A stretch of 64,000 bases of DNA, from the NCBI GenBank assembly GCA_950097015.1, contig CATNEN010000007.1, positions 9,052,001 to 9,116,000 of the forward strand. Reading direction: 5' to 3'. The notes beneath the pieces are model-generated. The model did no database searches. It was not told the origin of the DNA and was given only the letters and a program-made list of their open reading frames with translations. Both the position numbers and the translations under genes were made by a program. Shown in pieces: positions 36,701-49,725 of the stretch (positions are counted from its first letter, which is position 1; each line of letters starts with the position of its first letter). Source of the stretch: Macrostomum hystrix (Eukaryota; Animalia; Platyhelminthes).

Positions 36701-39700
36701 CCAGTCCAGCCGGCTGCGCGGCTGTCGAAGAGGATGAGGACGACGACATCGAGGAGCAGGGCCGGGCGGCGGCCGATGCGGACTCGCGGTCGAACAGCTC
36801 CCGCCAGTGGGTATTCTGCGGGCGCGGGTTTGTGACGGAGCTGAAAACCTGCCCTGAGTACCTTCTGACTTGAGCACTGATAGATTTGCACCTCTAGAGC
36901 TGCTCTACTCAACTAGAAAGATATTTGCAATGCCCAAAGCGATTCCAACCAGCAGCTTGAGTCCCTTCCAACCTTAAATGACATCAAATATGTGTCGCGA
37001 AACTCCGAGGTCTTAAGCGAGCTGAGCACGTCCTGCAGGTCGGCGAGGCTCTCGCGGCCTTTGCTGCGCTTCTTTTCAATCTGCGTCGGAAATTTCGATG
37101 GCGGGGCTGGCACATTGTTTAATTAGCAGAGGGATGAGCACAGGTCGAAAACAGAACATATGCAAAGAGGACTGAGCTGGGCATGGCCATAAAGAAACGA
37201 ACTAAATAATATTCCTAGAAATGCAGAGGAAAATAAAAATTTTAGATTGGGACGCAAGCGCAGTGAGGATTGGATTTGAGTTGCATGGATGGATCAAGGG
37301 AGCCGGGGCAGCAGGCTGTGCCGGCAGATTGAGCAGATGGTCACGCCATTTGAGCATCAGTCCGCATCTGTCACATCTCAGCCCTGCGCTCAAGGCCCTG
37401 ACCTGCCCCTCAACAAGGGAAAGTCTCTCCTACTAACAGGATTTGAGACTCGGTTTTGCGCTACCGTTTCCTTTCGCAGCGAAGCACTTTCTATGCAACT
37501 GTACGATGGTGGGCAGCGCAGTCACCAGCCACGGAGTTTGGCAAACAAGATCCCACAATCCTGAGATCGATACAAAATCAATCTCACAATGCCACAGACT
37601 TACCAGGTTCAAGAAGGACATCCCTCGGCGTTTGGAGCTTTCTGAAAGGAAAGAGTGAATGCAGGATGCCCAACTCGATCGACTGTGTCATCAGCACCAC
37701 TGACGATGAGACCTGTGCACAGATAGATTCTCACCGTCGTTAGGCGAAAACGCCTGCAGTGTCTTCTGTGTGAGGTCCGCAATGGTGTTCTGCTTCTTGA
37801 GGATCTTCTTGCTCTTCTCCTTCAGCATGTCCATCCTGGGCAGCACCTCCGCGTTCAGCTCCAGCGAGCTCCGGCGCCGCTTGGGCTCCTCGCTTGGGTT
37901 AAAAATAGTATGAGTTCGGGGCGCGCGTAAAAAAATCAACTATTCAAAGCAGACACATTTTCTGTAGGAACACAGGGTCGATACCAGAGCAACAAGAATC
38001 GGTATCAGAGCAACACGAATCGGTATCAGAGCAACACGAATCGGTATCAGAGCAACAAGAATCGGTATCAGAGCAACACGAATCGGTATCAGAGCAACAC
38101 GAATCATCAGAGCAACACGAATCGGTATCAGAGCAACACGAATCATCAGAGCAACACGAATCGGTATCAGAGCAACACGAATCATCAGAGCAACAAGAAT
38201 CGGTATCAGAGCAACACGAATCATCAGAGCAACACGAATCGGTATCAGAGCAACACGAATCATCAGAGCAACACGAATCGGTATCAGAGCAACAAGAATC
38301 GGTATCAGAGCAACAAGAATCGGTATCAGAGCAACACGAATCGGTATCAGAGCAACAAGAATCGGTATCAGAGCAACACGAATCGGTATCAGAGCAACAC
38401 GAATCATCAGAGCAACACGAATCGGTATCAGAGCAACAAGAATCGGTATCAGAGCAACACGAATCATCAGAGCAACACGAATCGGTATCAGAGCAACAAG
38501 AATCGGTATCAGAGCAACAAGAATCGGTATCAGAGCAACACGAATCGGTATCAGAGCAACACGAATCATCAGAGCAACACGAATCGGTATCAGAGCAACA
38601 AGAATCATCAGAGCAACACGAATCGGTATCAGAGCAACACGAATCATCAGAGCAACACGAATCGGTATCAGAGCAACACGAATCGGTATCAGAGCAACAA
38701 GAATCGGTATCAGAGCAACAAGAATCGGTATCAGAGCAACACGAATCATCAGAGCAACACGAATCGGTATCAGAGCAACAAGAATCGGTATCAGAGCAAC
38801 ACGAATCGGTATCAGAGCAACAAGAATCGGTATCAGAGCAACAAGAATCGGTATCAGAGCAACAAGAATCGGTATCAGAGCAACACGAATCGGTATCAGA
38901 GCAACAAGAATCGGTATCAGAGCAACACGAATCGGTATCAGAGCAACACGAATCATCAGAGCAACACGAATCGGTATCAGAGCAACAAGAATCGGTATCA
39001 GAGCAACACGAATCGGTATCAGAGCAACACGAATCATCAGAGCAACACGAATCGGTATCAGAGCAACAAGAATCGGTATCAGAGCAACACGAATCGGTAT
39101 CAGAGCAACACGAATCGGTATCAGAGGAACACGAATCGGTATCAGAGCAACACGAATCGGTATCAGAGCAACACGAATCATCAGAGCAACACGAATCGGT
39201 ATCAGAGCAACAAGAATCGGTATCAGAGCAACAAGAATCGGTATCAGAGCAACAAGAATCGGTATCAGAGCAACACGAATCGGTATCAGAGCAACAAGAA
39301 TCGGTATCAGAGCAACACGAATCATCAGAGCAACACGAATCGGTATCAGAGCAACACGAATCATCAGAGCAACACGAATCGGTATCAGAGCAACAAGAAT
39401 CGGTATCAGAGCAACAAGAATCGGTATCAGAGCAACAAGAATCGGTATCAGAGCAACAAGAATCGGTATCAGAGCAACACGAATCATCAGAGCAACATGA
39501 ATCGGTATCAGAGCAACAAGAATCGGTATCAGAGCAACAAGAATCGGTATCAGAGCAACACGAATCGGTATCAGAGCAACACGAATCGGTATCAGAGCAA
39601 CACGAATCATCAGAGCAACACGAATCGGTATCAGAGCAACAAGAATCATCAGAGCAACACGAATCGGTATCAGAGCAACACGAATCATCAGAGCAACACG

Positions 39701-42700
39701 AATCGGTATCAGAGCAACAAGAATCGGTATCAGAGCAACAAGAATCGGTATCAGAGCAACAAGAATCGGTATCAGAGCAACACGAATCGGTATCAGAGCA
39801 ACACGAATCGGTATCAGAGCAACAAGAATCGGTATCAGAGCAACACGAATCGGTATCAGAGCAACACGAATCATCAGAGCAACACGAATCGGTATCAGAG
39901 CAACAAGAATCGGTATCAGAGCAACAAGAATCGGTATCAGAGCAACAAGAATCGGTATCAGAGCAACACGAATCGGTATCAGAGCAACAAGAATCGGTAT
40001 CAGAGCAACACGAATCGGTATCAGAGCAACACGAATCGGTATCAGAGCAACAAGAATCGGTATCAGAGCAACACGAATCGGTATCAGAGCAACAAGAATC
40101 GGTATCAGAGCAACATGATTCGATGTTTCGTCTCACCCGTTATCCTCATTTCCCGACTCGTTGGGACTTCTGTCCGGGCTCTTCGCATCGCCGATCAAGT
40201 TCTGAAATGCCCGTCGGCGGTGGTGGAGTTTGGAGGAAAAGTTCGTCTAAGAAACAAAAAATGTGGAATGCCCCCAGATTATGATTTGTTTATTGAAGAC
40301 GACACTCGGAGCTAGGCTAGAAGACTCGCACTCTCCAGATGATTCTCCAGGTCTTAAAAAACCTAGACTGCCTGCAATCGGCTCAGTTTGGCTGAGTCCC
40401 GCTTGCTCAGAAAACTTCTTATAAAGCACTCGAGCGTCAGATAGCCAGGCTCAGTCGCTGAGAAGGCCGCGGTACCTTAAATGGGCTGGCCCAAATGCGC
40501 CAACCTCCACCGTCTTCGCAGCGCGAGGCAGTGCGACCGGCTCTCGAGTTGACGTTTTTTCTGCCGACCAGGCCCGGGGGCTTAGGCGGATTAATCAGGG
40601 CGCGCTACAAGACCCGCGGAGGGGGCGGGTGCCACCGATCGCCTTGTCTGTCGCGTCGCCTGCCCCGAATGTGCCTCATTAACTGAGGCCCCACCTGTCA
40701 TGTGGAACGCTGAAGCCGCCGCCGCCAACCTTCCTGAGCCGCTGCCGGCCTGAGCTGCCCGGCTGGCTTGCCTCTCATCTCATCTGTTCAGTCACGTGGT
40801 GCGCCCCCTGGAGCGCGGCTTAGTAGCGATGCTCCGTGGCATCTCATGCTGCTCACCTTGGAATTGTAGATGGCTGCCCTGCGGCCCCTGCGGCGCAGGT
40901 TCTCCTTGCTGGGCTCAGTCTCTGGCTCTTCATCATTGTCGCTGGTCAGGCTGGCACTGCTGCCGTGCCGCTTGATCTGTATGGGGCAGAGCAGTGAATA
41001 ATTTTATCCTCAGCTAAAATCCCCACTTCTACTTACTCATGCCCCCGTCTCACAGCCTACTGTTCCAGGCCTCACCAACACCGGCTGAACGGCTTTCTCA
41101 GTGAAGGCCTTGGCGCTGTAGGTGTTAGTTCTCTTCAGCACCGACAGCCGGCTGGCGCCGCCGCCACCGCGGCTGTCTGTCGGGCGAGATCTGCTCTGCA
41201 TGACTGCGTCGGCTCGTCCTCGCGTGGGTGCCTTCGCACACGCCCCGCTCTGCGCGCTGCACCGGCTTCTTCTGCTTCAGCCCCACTCGCCCCACCCCCC
41301 TCCCCTCTGATTAACAGACCTAAGCGGCCTGATTGGCTGGCGGGTGGCTCAGCAGTGCCAAGATCGGGCGATCTGGCAACGCCATCTGCCTTTTGCCTCA
41401 GCCATTGTTTGAACGAATAATGGCTGCTGCCCGTTCCGACCCCACCCTCAGCTCCGCAGTGAATGGCTCTGCAATGTCGCAGCAGGTGAGACCTGGCCCG
41501 GGCTTGGGCCAGCTCTTCACTGATCGACAGGAATGGAAGAACAGAGGGAAAGTGGGAGAACATCAAGAGAGGCATTAATGCGGATAGTCTGGCAGTCTGC
41601 GAATTTGCTGCTTGCTGAGAACATTTGCTGCATGAATGCCAGGCCGAATCACTGAGAGGTGATCTTGTCAGATGCAGTGATCTCAGAAGCGTTGGAGATT
41701 ACCCCCCGGATACTGTATGCTCAGTTTGCTCAGATACTGTATGCTCAGTTTGCTCAGATACTGTATGCTCAGTTTGCTTAGATACTGTATGCTCAGTTTG
41801 CTCAGATACTGTATGCTCAGTTTGCTCAGATACTGTATGCTCAGTTTGCTCAGATACTGTATGCTCAGTTTGCTCAGATACTGTATGCTCAGTTTGCTCA
41901 GATACTGTATGCTCAGTTTGCTCAGATACTGTATGCTCAGTTTGCTCAGATACTGTATGCTCAGTTTGCTCAGATACTGTATGCTCAGTTTGCTCAGATA
42001 CTGTATGCTCAGTTTGCTCAGATACTGTATGCTCAGTTTGCTCAGATACTGTATGCTCAGTTTGCTCAGATACTGTATGCTCAGTTTGCTCAGATACTGT
42101 ATGCTCAGTTTGCTCAGATACTGTATGCTCAGTTTGCTCAGATACTGTATGCTCAGTTTGCTCAGATACTGTATGCTCAGTTTGCTCAGATACTGTATGC
42201 TCAGTTTGCTCAGATACTGTATGCTCAGTTTGCTCAGATACTGTATGCTCAGTTTGCTCAGATACTGTATGCTCAGTTTGCTCAGATACTGTATGCTCAG
42301 TTTGCTCAGATACTGTATGCTCAGTTTGCTCAGATACTGTATGCTCAGTTTGCTCAGATACTGTATGCTCAGTTTGCTCAGATACTGTATGCTCAGTTTG
42401 CTCAGATACTGTATGCTCAGTTTGCTCAGATACTGTATGCTCAGTTTGCTCAGATACTGTATGCTCAGTTTGCTCAGATACTGTATGCTCAGTTTGCTCA
42501 GATACTGTATGCTCAGTTTGCTCAGATACTGTATGCTCAGTTTGCTCAGATACTGTATGCTCAGTTTGCTCAGATACTGTATGCTCAGTTTGCTCAGATA
42601 CTGTATGCTCAGTTTGCTCAGATACTGTATGCTCAGTTTGCTCAGATACTGTATGCTCAGTTTGCTCAGATACTGTATGCTCAGTTTGCTCAGATACTGT

Positions 42701-45700
42701 ATGCTCAGTTTGCTCAGATACTGTATGCTCAGTTTGCTCAGATACTGTATGTTCAGTTTGCTCAGATACTGTATGTTCAGTTTGCTCAGATACTGTATGC
42801 TCAGTTTGCTCAGATACTGTATGCTCAGTTTGCTCAGATACTGTATGCTCAGTTTGCTCAGATACTGTATGCTCAGTTTGCTCAGATACTGTATGCTCAG
42901 TTTGCTCAGATACTGTATGTTCAGTTTGCTCAGATACTGTATGCTCAGTTTGCTCAGATACTGTATGCTCAGTTTGCTCAAATCGAAACTGTCACACCAA
43001 TGCACTATCTACAGCTATATGCCTTGCATAGAGCATTGATCAGTTATTTCCCTGAGACACAGCAGGTGAAAGTGAAAGCTCCGGCATGGCGAGAAGATCA
43101 AAGCGAAAGGATCGAGTGACGCTGGCGTGGGAGTTTTCCTGCAGAATCCAGCAATGGGATGCTTCATTTCGCCTGAAACAGACAACAGTCTGCAGCAGCC
43201 CCTCAGGATAGCCTTTTGTGCTGTCAACAGGCTTTGAATCCCCGCTTGAAATATTACAATGGCAATTTGTCATCCCTCTTAATGCAGCCCCGGGAAAGCT
43301 TCTCTCCCAGGCTTCCGTCCGCATCTATTCTCCGCGAGTCCCGGGTGCTCTAAATTCAACAATTCGGTCTCCCAGCTCATTAACTCTTCCGAATCCACAG
43401 CTTCACCCGGTCAACCCGTCTCCGACAGCCTACTCATAGTAGGCGCGCAACGATAAAACGCTACTCATACAGGCCTTTAAAACGGAGCTCACCGGCAACC
43501 GGAGGCTCGGCACCTGGAGGGTGACGCACTGGCGGCCTGAGTTCACCTGCAGTGGCACCGTGGACTCGGCCTGGTTGATGGCTGCGAAAGGGAGTCGGAC
43601 GCGGTGGCAGTGCATTCAGCTCATGAGCGCGGGAAAAGTACATTTCTAGCCCATGCCAACACTAGCATGCCATGAAAGCTTGTCACTCTCTACCTCACCT
43701 GTCCGCCTCGTAGCCACCGCGGAGGGCACATCGCGGGCCCATGGCACAGGTGAGATCGCTGGCGACACCAGAACGTCATCCCGATCGCGCGGATTTTCGC
43801 CGGAATCACTGTCGTCGCCTCGGCCACCTCCGCGCCGGCTGGCTGCTCCCTGATGCTCGTAGGCGCAGAGCTCGTCCATCATGGCTGCCGTATCCTCCTC
43901 GGTCTCCAACTGCAGCACCAGGTGGGGTCGGTGGAACTTTACGAATTCTCTTGAGGGTGAATCCGCTTCGCTACCCGCTACAACAGCGGCCGCGGCGGCA
44001 ACGGCGGAGGCAGCAGCGGTGTTTGCGGCGGCAGCCTCCGCCTTAGAGTCCAGCTCATGCTCGGCCTCCGCTTCCGTTTCTTCTGCCTCGGTCTCCGTCG
44101 CCGACTCGACGGAGGCCACGGGCGCTAAGGACAGGGGCGAGGACGGGCTCTGGGCCACGGCAGCGCCGCCCCTCTCAGCTGGGCTGCTGTGTGTGCGGAG
44201 TGAGGAGTTGCTGGCTTCGAAGCCAAAAAGGAGCCGACTAGGAGAATGAACTTGTGCCAAGATATAGAAGTTCATCTCAGAAAGAGAATTGGTTTCGTGA
44301 GTGAAAACTGTCTGCTTGAACGGAACCCATCCTTGTCTGCCCACTGGGGGGCTCAGGTCGGTGACTACTGCGACTGCTACATAAAGGGGTATTACAAACG
44401 GATGTTCGTTCAATGACAGTACGGCTCAGGCCATGTCGCTAACGGCACTCACACGCCGAACGCACAGGTATGTCTGTCAGAATCGTCTTTGCTGCAAAAG
44501 CAGATTATTGCCGATGCCGCTGCAGCTGCAAAATAGCTGCTCTCCGGCTTTGATTAAAAAGCAATGGGCGGAAAACACGCGCAAGTCTGAGGTTGGTGCG
44601 ATGAAGCAGAGGGTGGGAGCTGGCCCGCCTAATTTGAGGGCGTCACGCAATGAGAACTCGATTCAGTCTGAAGGAGCCTTCGAGAGCGGCTATTCCTGGA
44701 CTGCCTGACAGAGTCAAGGCATGTTCTGAGGCATGTATTTCGGCCGCCAAATATGGCAATGACAAACTCAACTTAAGCTTGCTGGTACATACGCTCAGCG
44801 CAACTACGCTTTCATTGAAGCAGGACCAAAAAAGTTTCGGCCATTGAAAAGCGACTTAACTGGAGATATGGGAAAGCATCACTACCTGTTCCACCTTGCC
44901 ACTTTATCTGCAGTTTGTGACAACAGATGCGGCGCACTAGAATGACATTCCCGCATCGATGGTGTCAACGAAAATTTGGTTAGCCATCCCAATGTCTCAC
45001 TCACAAGTCAGCCATCCCAATGTCTCACTCACAAGTCAGCCATCCCAATGCCTCACTCACAAGTCAGCCACCCCAATGTCTCACTCACAAGTCAGCCACC
45101 CCAATGTCTCACTCACAAGTCAGCCACCCCAATGTCTCACTCACAAGTCAGCCATCCCAATGCCTCACTCACAAGTCAGCCACCCCAATGTCTCACTCAC
45201 AAGTCAGCCATCCCAATGCCTCACTCACAGGTCAGCCACCCCAATGTCTCACTCACAAGTCAGCCATCCCAATGCCTCACTCACAAGTCAGCCATCCCAA
45301 TGTCTCACTCACAAGTCAGCCACCCCAATGTCTCACTCACAAGTCAGCCACCCCAATGTCTCACGCACAAGTCAGCCATCCCAATGCCTCACTCACAGGT
45401 CAGCCACCCCAATGTCTCACTCACAAGTCAGCCATCCCAATGCCTCACTCACAGGTCAGCCACCCCAATGCCTCACTCACAAGTCAGCCATCCCAATGTC
45501 TCACTCACAAGTCAGCCACCCCAATGTCTCACTCACAAGTCAGCCATCCCAATGTCTCACTCACAAGTCAGCCACCCCAATGTCTCACTCACAAGTCAGC
45601 CATCCCAATGCCTCACTCACAGGTCAGCCACCCCAATGTCTCACTCACAAGTCAGCCATCCCAATGCCTCACTCACAGGTCAGCCACCCCAATGCCTCAC

Positions 45701-47641
45701 TCACAAGTCAGCCATCCCAATGCCTCACTCACAAGTCAGCCATCCCAATGTCTCACTCACAAGTCAGCCACCCCAATGTCTCACTCACAAGTCAGCCATC
45801 CCAATGCCTCACTCACAAGTCAGCCACCCCAATGCCTCACTCACAAGTCAGCCACCCCAATGCCTCACTCACAAGTCAGCCATCCCAATGCCTCACTCAC
45901 AAGTCAGCCATCCCAATGCCTCACTCACAAGTCAGCCACCCCAATGCCTCACTCACAAGTCAGCCACCCCAATGTCTCACTCACAGGTCAGCCATCCCAA
46001 TGCCTCACTCACAAGTCAGCCATCCCAATGTCTCACTCACAAGTCAACCATCCCAATGTCTCACTCACAAGTCAGCCACCCCAATGTCTCACTCACAAGT
46101 CAGCCATCCCAATGCCTCACTCACAAGTCAGCCACCCCAATGTCTCACTCACAAGTCAGCCATCCCAATGTCTCACTCACAAGTCAGCCATCCCAATGTC
46201 TCACTCACAAGTCAGCCACCCCAATGTCTCACTCACAAGTCAGCCATCCCAATGCCTCACTCACAGGTCAGCCACCCCAATGTCTCACTCACAAGTCAGC
46301 CATCCCAATGCCTCACTCACAAGTCAGCCATCCCAATGCCTCACTCACAAGTCAGCCATCCCAATGCCTCACTCACAAGTCAGCCACCCCAATGCCTCAC
46401 TCACAAGTCAGCCACCCCATTGTCTCACTCACAAGTCAGCCACCCCAATGTCTCACTCACAAGTCAGCCATCCCAATGTCTCACTCACAAGTCAGCCACC
46501 CCAATGTCTCACTCACAAGTCAGCCATCCCAATGCCTCACTCACAGGTCAGCCACCCCAATGTCTCACTCACAAGTCAGCCATCCCAATGCCTCACTCAC
46601 AAGTCAGCCACCCCAATGTCTCACTCACAAGTCAGCCACCCCAATGTCTCACTCACAAGTCAGCCACCCCAATGTCTCACTCACAAGTCAGCCACCCCAA
46701 TGTCTCATTCACAAGTCAGCCATCCCAATGCCTCACTCACAAGTCAGCCACCCCAATGTCTCACTCACAAGTCAGCCATCCCAATGCCTCACTCACAGGT
46801 CAGCCACCCCAATGTCTCACTCACAAGTCAGCCATCCCAATGCATCACTCACAAGTCAGCCATCCCAATGTCTCACTCACAAGTCAGCCACCCCAATGTC
46901 TCACTCACAAGTCAGCCATCCCAATGCCTCACTCACAAGTCAGCCACCCCAATGTTGAGTCAACCCCCCGGCAGAGGCGGGCTCATCGGGAAGTCGCAAA
47001 TGCTCGGGCGCATCGATTCCGGAGGCCCTAATTAGTCTAGGGGAGTGGGCAAGCTGCGCCCGAGTTGCGCAGCCGACGAAGGGAAGGACAAGCATACGGG
47101 GCAGGGGCTGAAGGAAGCTGACGGCAGGTGCATGAATATGCACACACACGCTCCGAGAGGCACGAGAATAGCGAGTAAAGGAAAGAAACATGAAAGAGGC
47201 AAATTCCGCTAGACTCAGAGTGGGCGGGACACGCTAGAGAGAGCGCCGCTGCTCACAGCAGGTGCTCAGCAGAAGCCGTTCTGGAGTGTTGACACTAAGG
47301 CACTCACACTCACACACGAATGTAGGAATCTGAATTTAAATACTTTTATTCGTTTTGATATTTTGATAAAATGAAAATTGTCTTAAGACGAGACGAGCGA
47401 AATCTGAGCGAGGGAGTACAGAGTAACAGTGACGATCATGTTAAGTGTGGAGCTGACAGCTATACCAGATGGTTAGAATCTTGAATAATCAGACAAATCA
47501 TGTGTTCCAGTACTATCCTATTTACTAGATTGCATAACCTGGAAATCTAAACCATTCAGATGTGAATATGAGTATAAAGGATGGCGATTTATGACCAGGC
47601 TACACCTACCAGCAGCAGCAGCTGTCCGGTCCGTCTTCCAT
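27732..47641 (-). CDS. DH-PH RhoGEF, PLEKHG7/PLEKHG5-like (~18 exons)
   Basis: DH: REAVWELFKSELKFLIDYLMVLKH / CFFEPLKKLQ...LFGNIDELC / HNYCLNY / WCEQDPRCHRLKIADLLVAPMQHCTKMPLLL. PH: RQLVHEGFL / YCFLFDDILLLTK / HRQPIALDRF / AFVLIHISRFQQIIGVYTLQ. Last exon 28951-27732. The 5' exons (47641-47610, 44237-43699, ~41204-41077, ~40977-40858, 40246-40137, ~37892-37736) are phase-compatible but less certain. Confidence 0.85.
32860..33152 (-). mobile_element. tRNA-derived SINE-like head flanked by 16-bp and 20-bp short tandem repeats
   Basis: Minus strand TAGCCTAGAGGTTAGAGC...GAGTTCTAATCTC (A/B-box-like, ~33083-33025); GGCTAGAAGCTCCCCA x4-5 at 33075-33152; AGAAGCGTTTGAGTCGTTAT x4 at 32860-32955. Confidence 0.5.
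33900..34645. repeat. 48-bp minisatellite (RhoGEF intron)
   Basis: Unit CTTCCCTCCAGACGTAGACATCCACCCCACACCCAACCACCCTCTTTC, ~15 copies. Confidence 0.95.
37982..40115. repeat. 21/18-bp variant minisatellite filling a RhoGEF intron
   Basis: Units ATCAGAGCAACA(C/A)GAATC(GGT), ~100 copies. Confidence 0.97.
41709..42980. repeat. 24-bp near-perfect minisatellite (RhoGEF intron)
   Basis: Unit GATACTGTATGCTCAGTTTGCTCA, ~53 copies. Confidence 0.97.
44982..46953. repeat. 28-bp minisatellite (RhoGEF first intron)
   Basis: Unit AGCCA(T/C)CCCAATG(T/C)CTCACTCACA(A/G)GTC, ~70 copies. Confidence 0.97.
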
Positions 47642-49419
47642 TGCCTCAGTCAGGAGTGACCCGGCGGGCCTAAGTGCATTTGCTAGCGATCAACTACCTG
47701 ACATCAAGCGGCCAGTCCCGTCAGATAGCTGTCTAGCGGTCGCGTTTCTCGCTGCCTCTTCACAGCCAAGCTGCCAGAATTTTCTGCTAATTTTCTGCCC
47801 CTGCTTTCCTTTCTCTCGTGCTGCCCCAAGCCTGAGACCTGCTCAGCATTCGCTGGCGTATAGTGAGAAGGGAAAGTGAGGCGGGTGGAGATCGGGCGAC
47901 TGCGACCTGGACAACGCAGAGCCTATAGGGGGCGACTGCCCCTGCGTCCAACCCGAGCCAGCGAAATTCCAAGTCGTCCTGGCCCTTTCTGTCCTCGCCA
48001 TTCTTTACAAGCCGCTTCTTTCTTCATCTCATTTTCACCCAGCCTGCGCTTCCCATTAACTCGGCTACCCCTCGCGAGTCCGCTCCCGCGTGTCTGCAGG
48101 TGGGTGGGAATTTTTAGCTCGAAAGGCAAGAAGACATAGCCGGGGAAGGACAGGAGAAAGGGGGGGAGAAGAATGAAGAAACAAGGCACAATGCAGCCGG
48201 CCCTGTGATTAGGGACGATGCGGGAGATGAAGTAGGGCGAGATGATAGCCTGAGCAACGGCGGAGCAAAGGCAGGGCGGCGGACCCATCAGCTTTTCCCT
48301 CTGTCTTGTCTTGAGCCGTTGTCTGTTGCGCATCAGCATAATTTGCCTTCAGCAGACTAGCAACAGAAATATTCCACAAGATGTTTCTTAGACACGCATA
48401 GCAAAGTTCTTTCTTAACGCTATATGTACGGGCTGGATCGATATTATGGCTTGTTGAGCAAAGCGTGCAATGTGCAGTTGCAATGTCGCAATTTACTCGC
48501 AGTTACTTGCGAAACTATTCTTGTCGCATTGAAGAGATTATCCAATGACAAATACACTCGTATGGGAGTCTTGTTTAAATCCGGATCATGCACCGGGCAG
48601 CTAAACACCAGCGCCGCAATCTCAACGGTGATTGGCAAAAAATTGGGTTCTTAGCTAGCAAAGCACTCGTAGTTGTTGGGGCGCCCGCGAGAAGTTGAAT
48701 TCGCATCTCGGACCTCTTGTGGCCAGATTTGCATCGATCTAGGAAATCATAATTTCTTGTTGGGTGGTGGGGAAGGAATCAGCGGGATCAAGAAGGCAAA
48801 AAGAGCTGTATAAAGATCGGCAATTCGATCCCAAGCAAAGGAGGCCGAGCGGCCTCAAGCCCGGTGCCATGCCGTGCCGAGAAGAGCAAATGAGATCGCG
48901 GGACACGGCGTGCGCGTGAGATGTGATGCAGAAGGGCAGTGAAGCTGGAATCTCAGGCTCCTGCCAGCTGCCTTACCCTGATGATATCATTTTCAAAACA
49001 GAAGGAAGGCCTTCGGGGCATGATAAGATACTTTCCATTGAACTCGAAAGAGGAGATGAGGTAGAGCTGAATGAGAAGTTCACGTGCGGCTGCGCAAGAT
49101 GCTGCTTGGGTTTTAGGTTGACGGAAAGAAAAACTCAATTACACCTGGGAGCAGTTCAGTTGCAATCAGCGGTGCTTTGCTGTAGGCTGGCACGGAGCCT
49201 ACTCGGATCTCTAAACCGTAAGTTTTGTTTTTCTTCTACCTAAATTCTAAACACACGCGTAAGCTAGAATGGCAGGCAAACTCTTGTTTGAATTAGCAAC
49301 ATGGCTACAGTTTAGCTGGACCAGGTCCCAAAATCGCTACCGATCTCTCCGCTTGACGTCGAACAATTATTTATTGCAGCCTTGAGACTTTTGTTGTGAA
49401 CTACGAGTAGTAAGTGGGA

Positions 49420-49725
49420 GGTATGCTGCGAATGCTGCGGAGTACTATTGCTGTTAGCAGCCGAGAGGTGTGTATGCTGCGAATACTGCGGAGTACTATT
49501 GCTGTTAGCAGCCGAGAGTTGTGTATGTTGTGAATGCTGCGGAGTACTATTGCTGTTAGCGGCCGGGAGTTGTGTATGTTGTGAATGCTGCGGAGTACTA
49601 TTGCTGTTAGCGGCCGAGAGTTGTGTATGTTGTGAATGCTGCGGAGTACTATTGCTGTTAGCAGCCAAGAGGTGTGTATGTTGTGAATGCTGCGGAGTAC
49701 TATTGCTGTTAGCGGCCGAGAGTTG
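49420..49725. repeat. 51-bp minisatellite
   Basis: Unit GAATGCTGCGGAGTACTATTGCTGTTAGCAGCCGAGAGTTGTGTATGTTGT, ~6 copies. Confidence 0.93.

Noticed and set aside
41625-47035. Long ORFs of 440-690 aa (TVCSVCSD, MLSLLRYC, SHSQVSHPN repeats)
   Set aside because: By-products of stop-free 24- and 28-bp tandem repeats, open in several frames and strands, inside RhoGEF introns.
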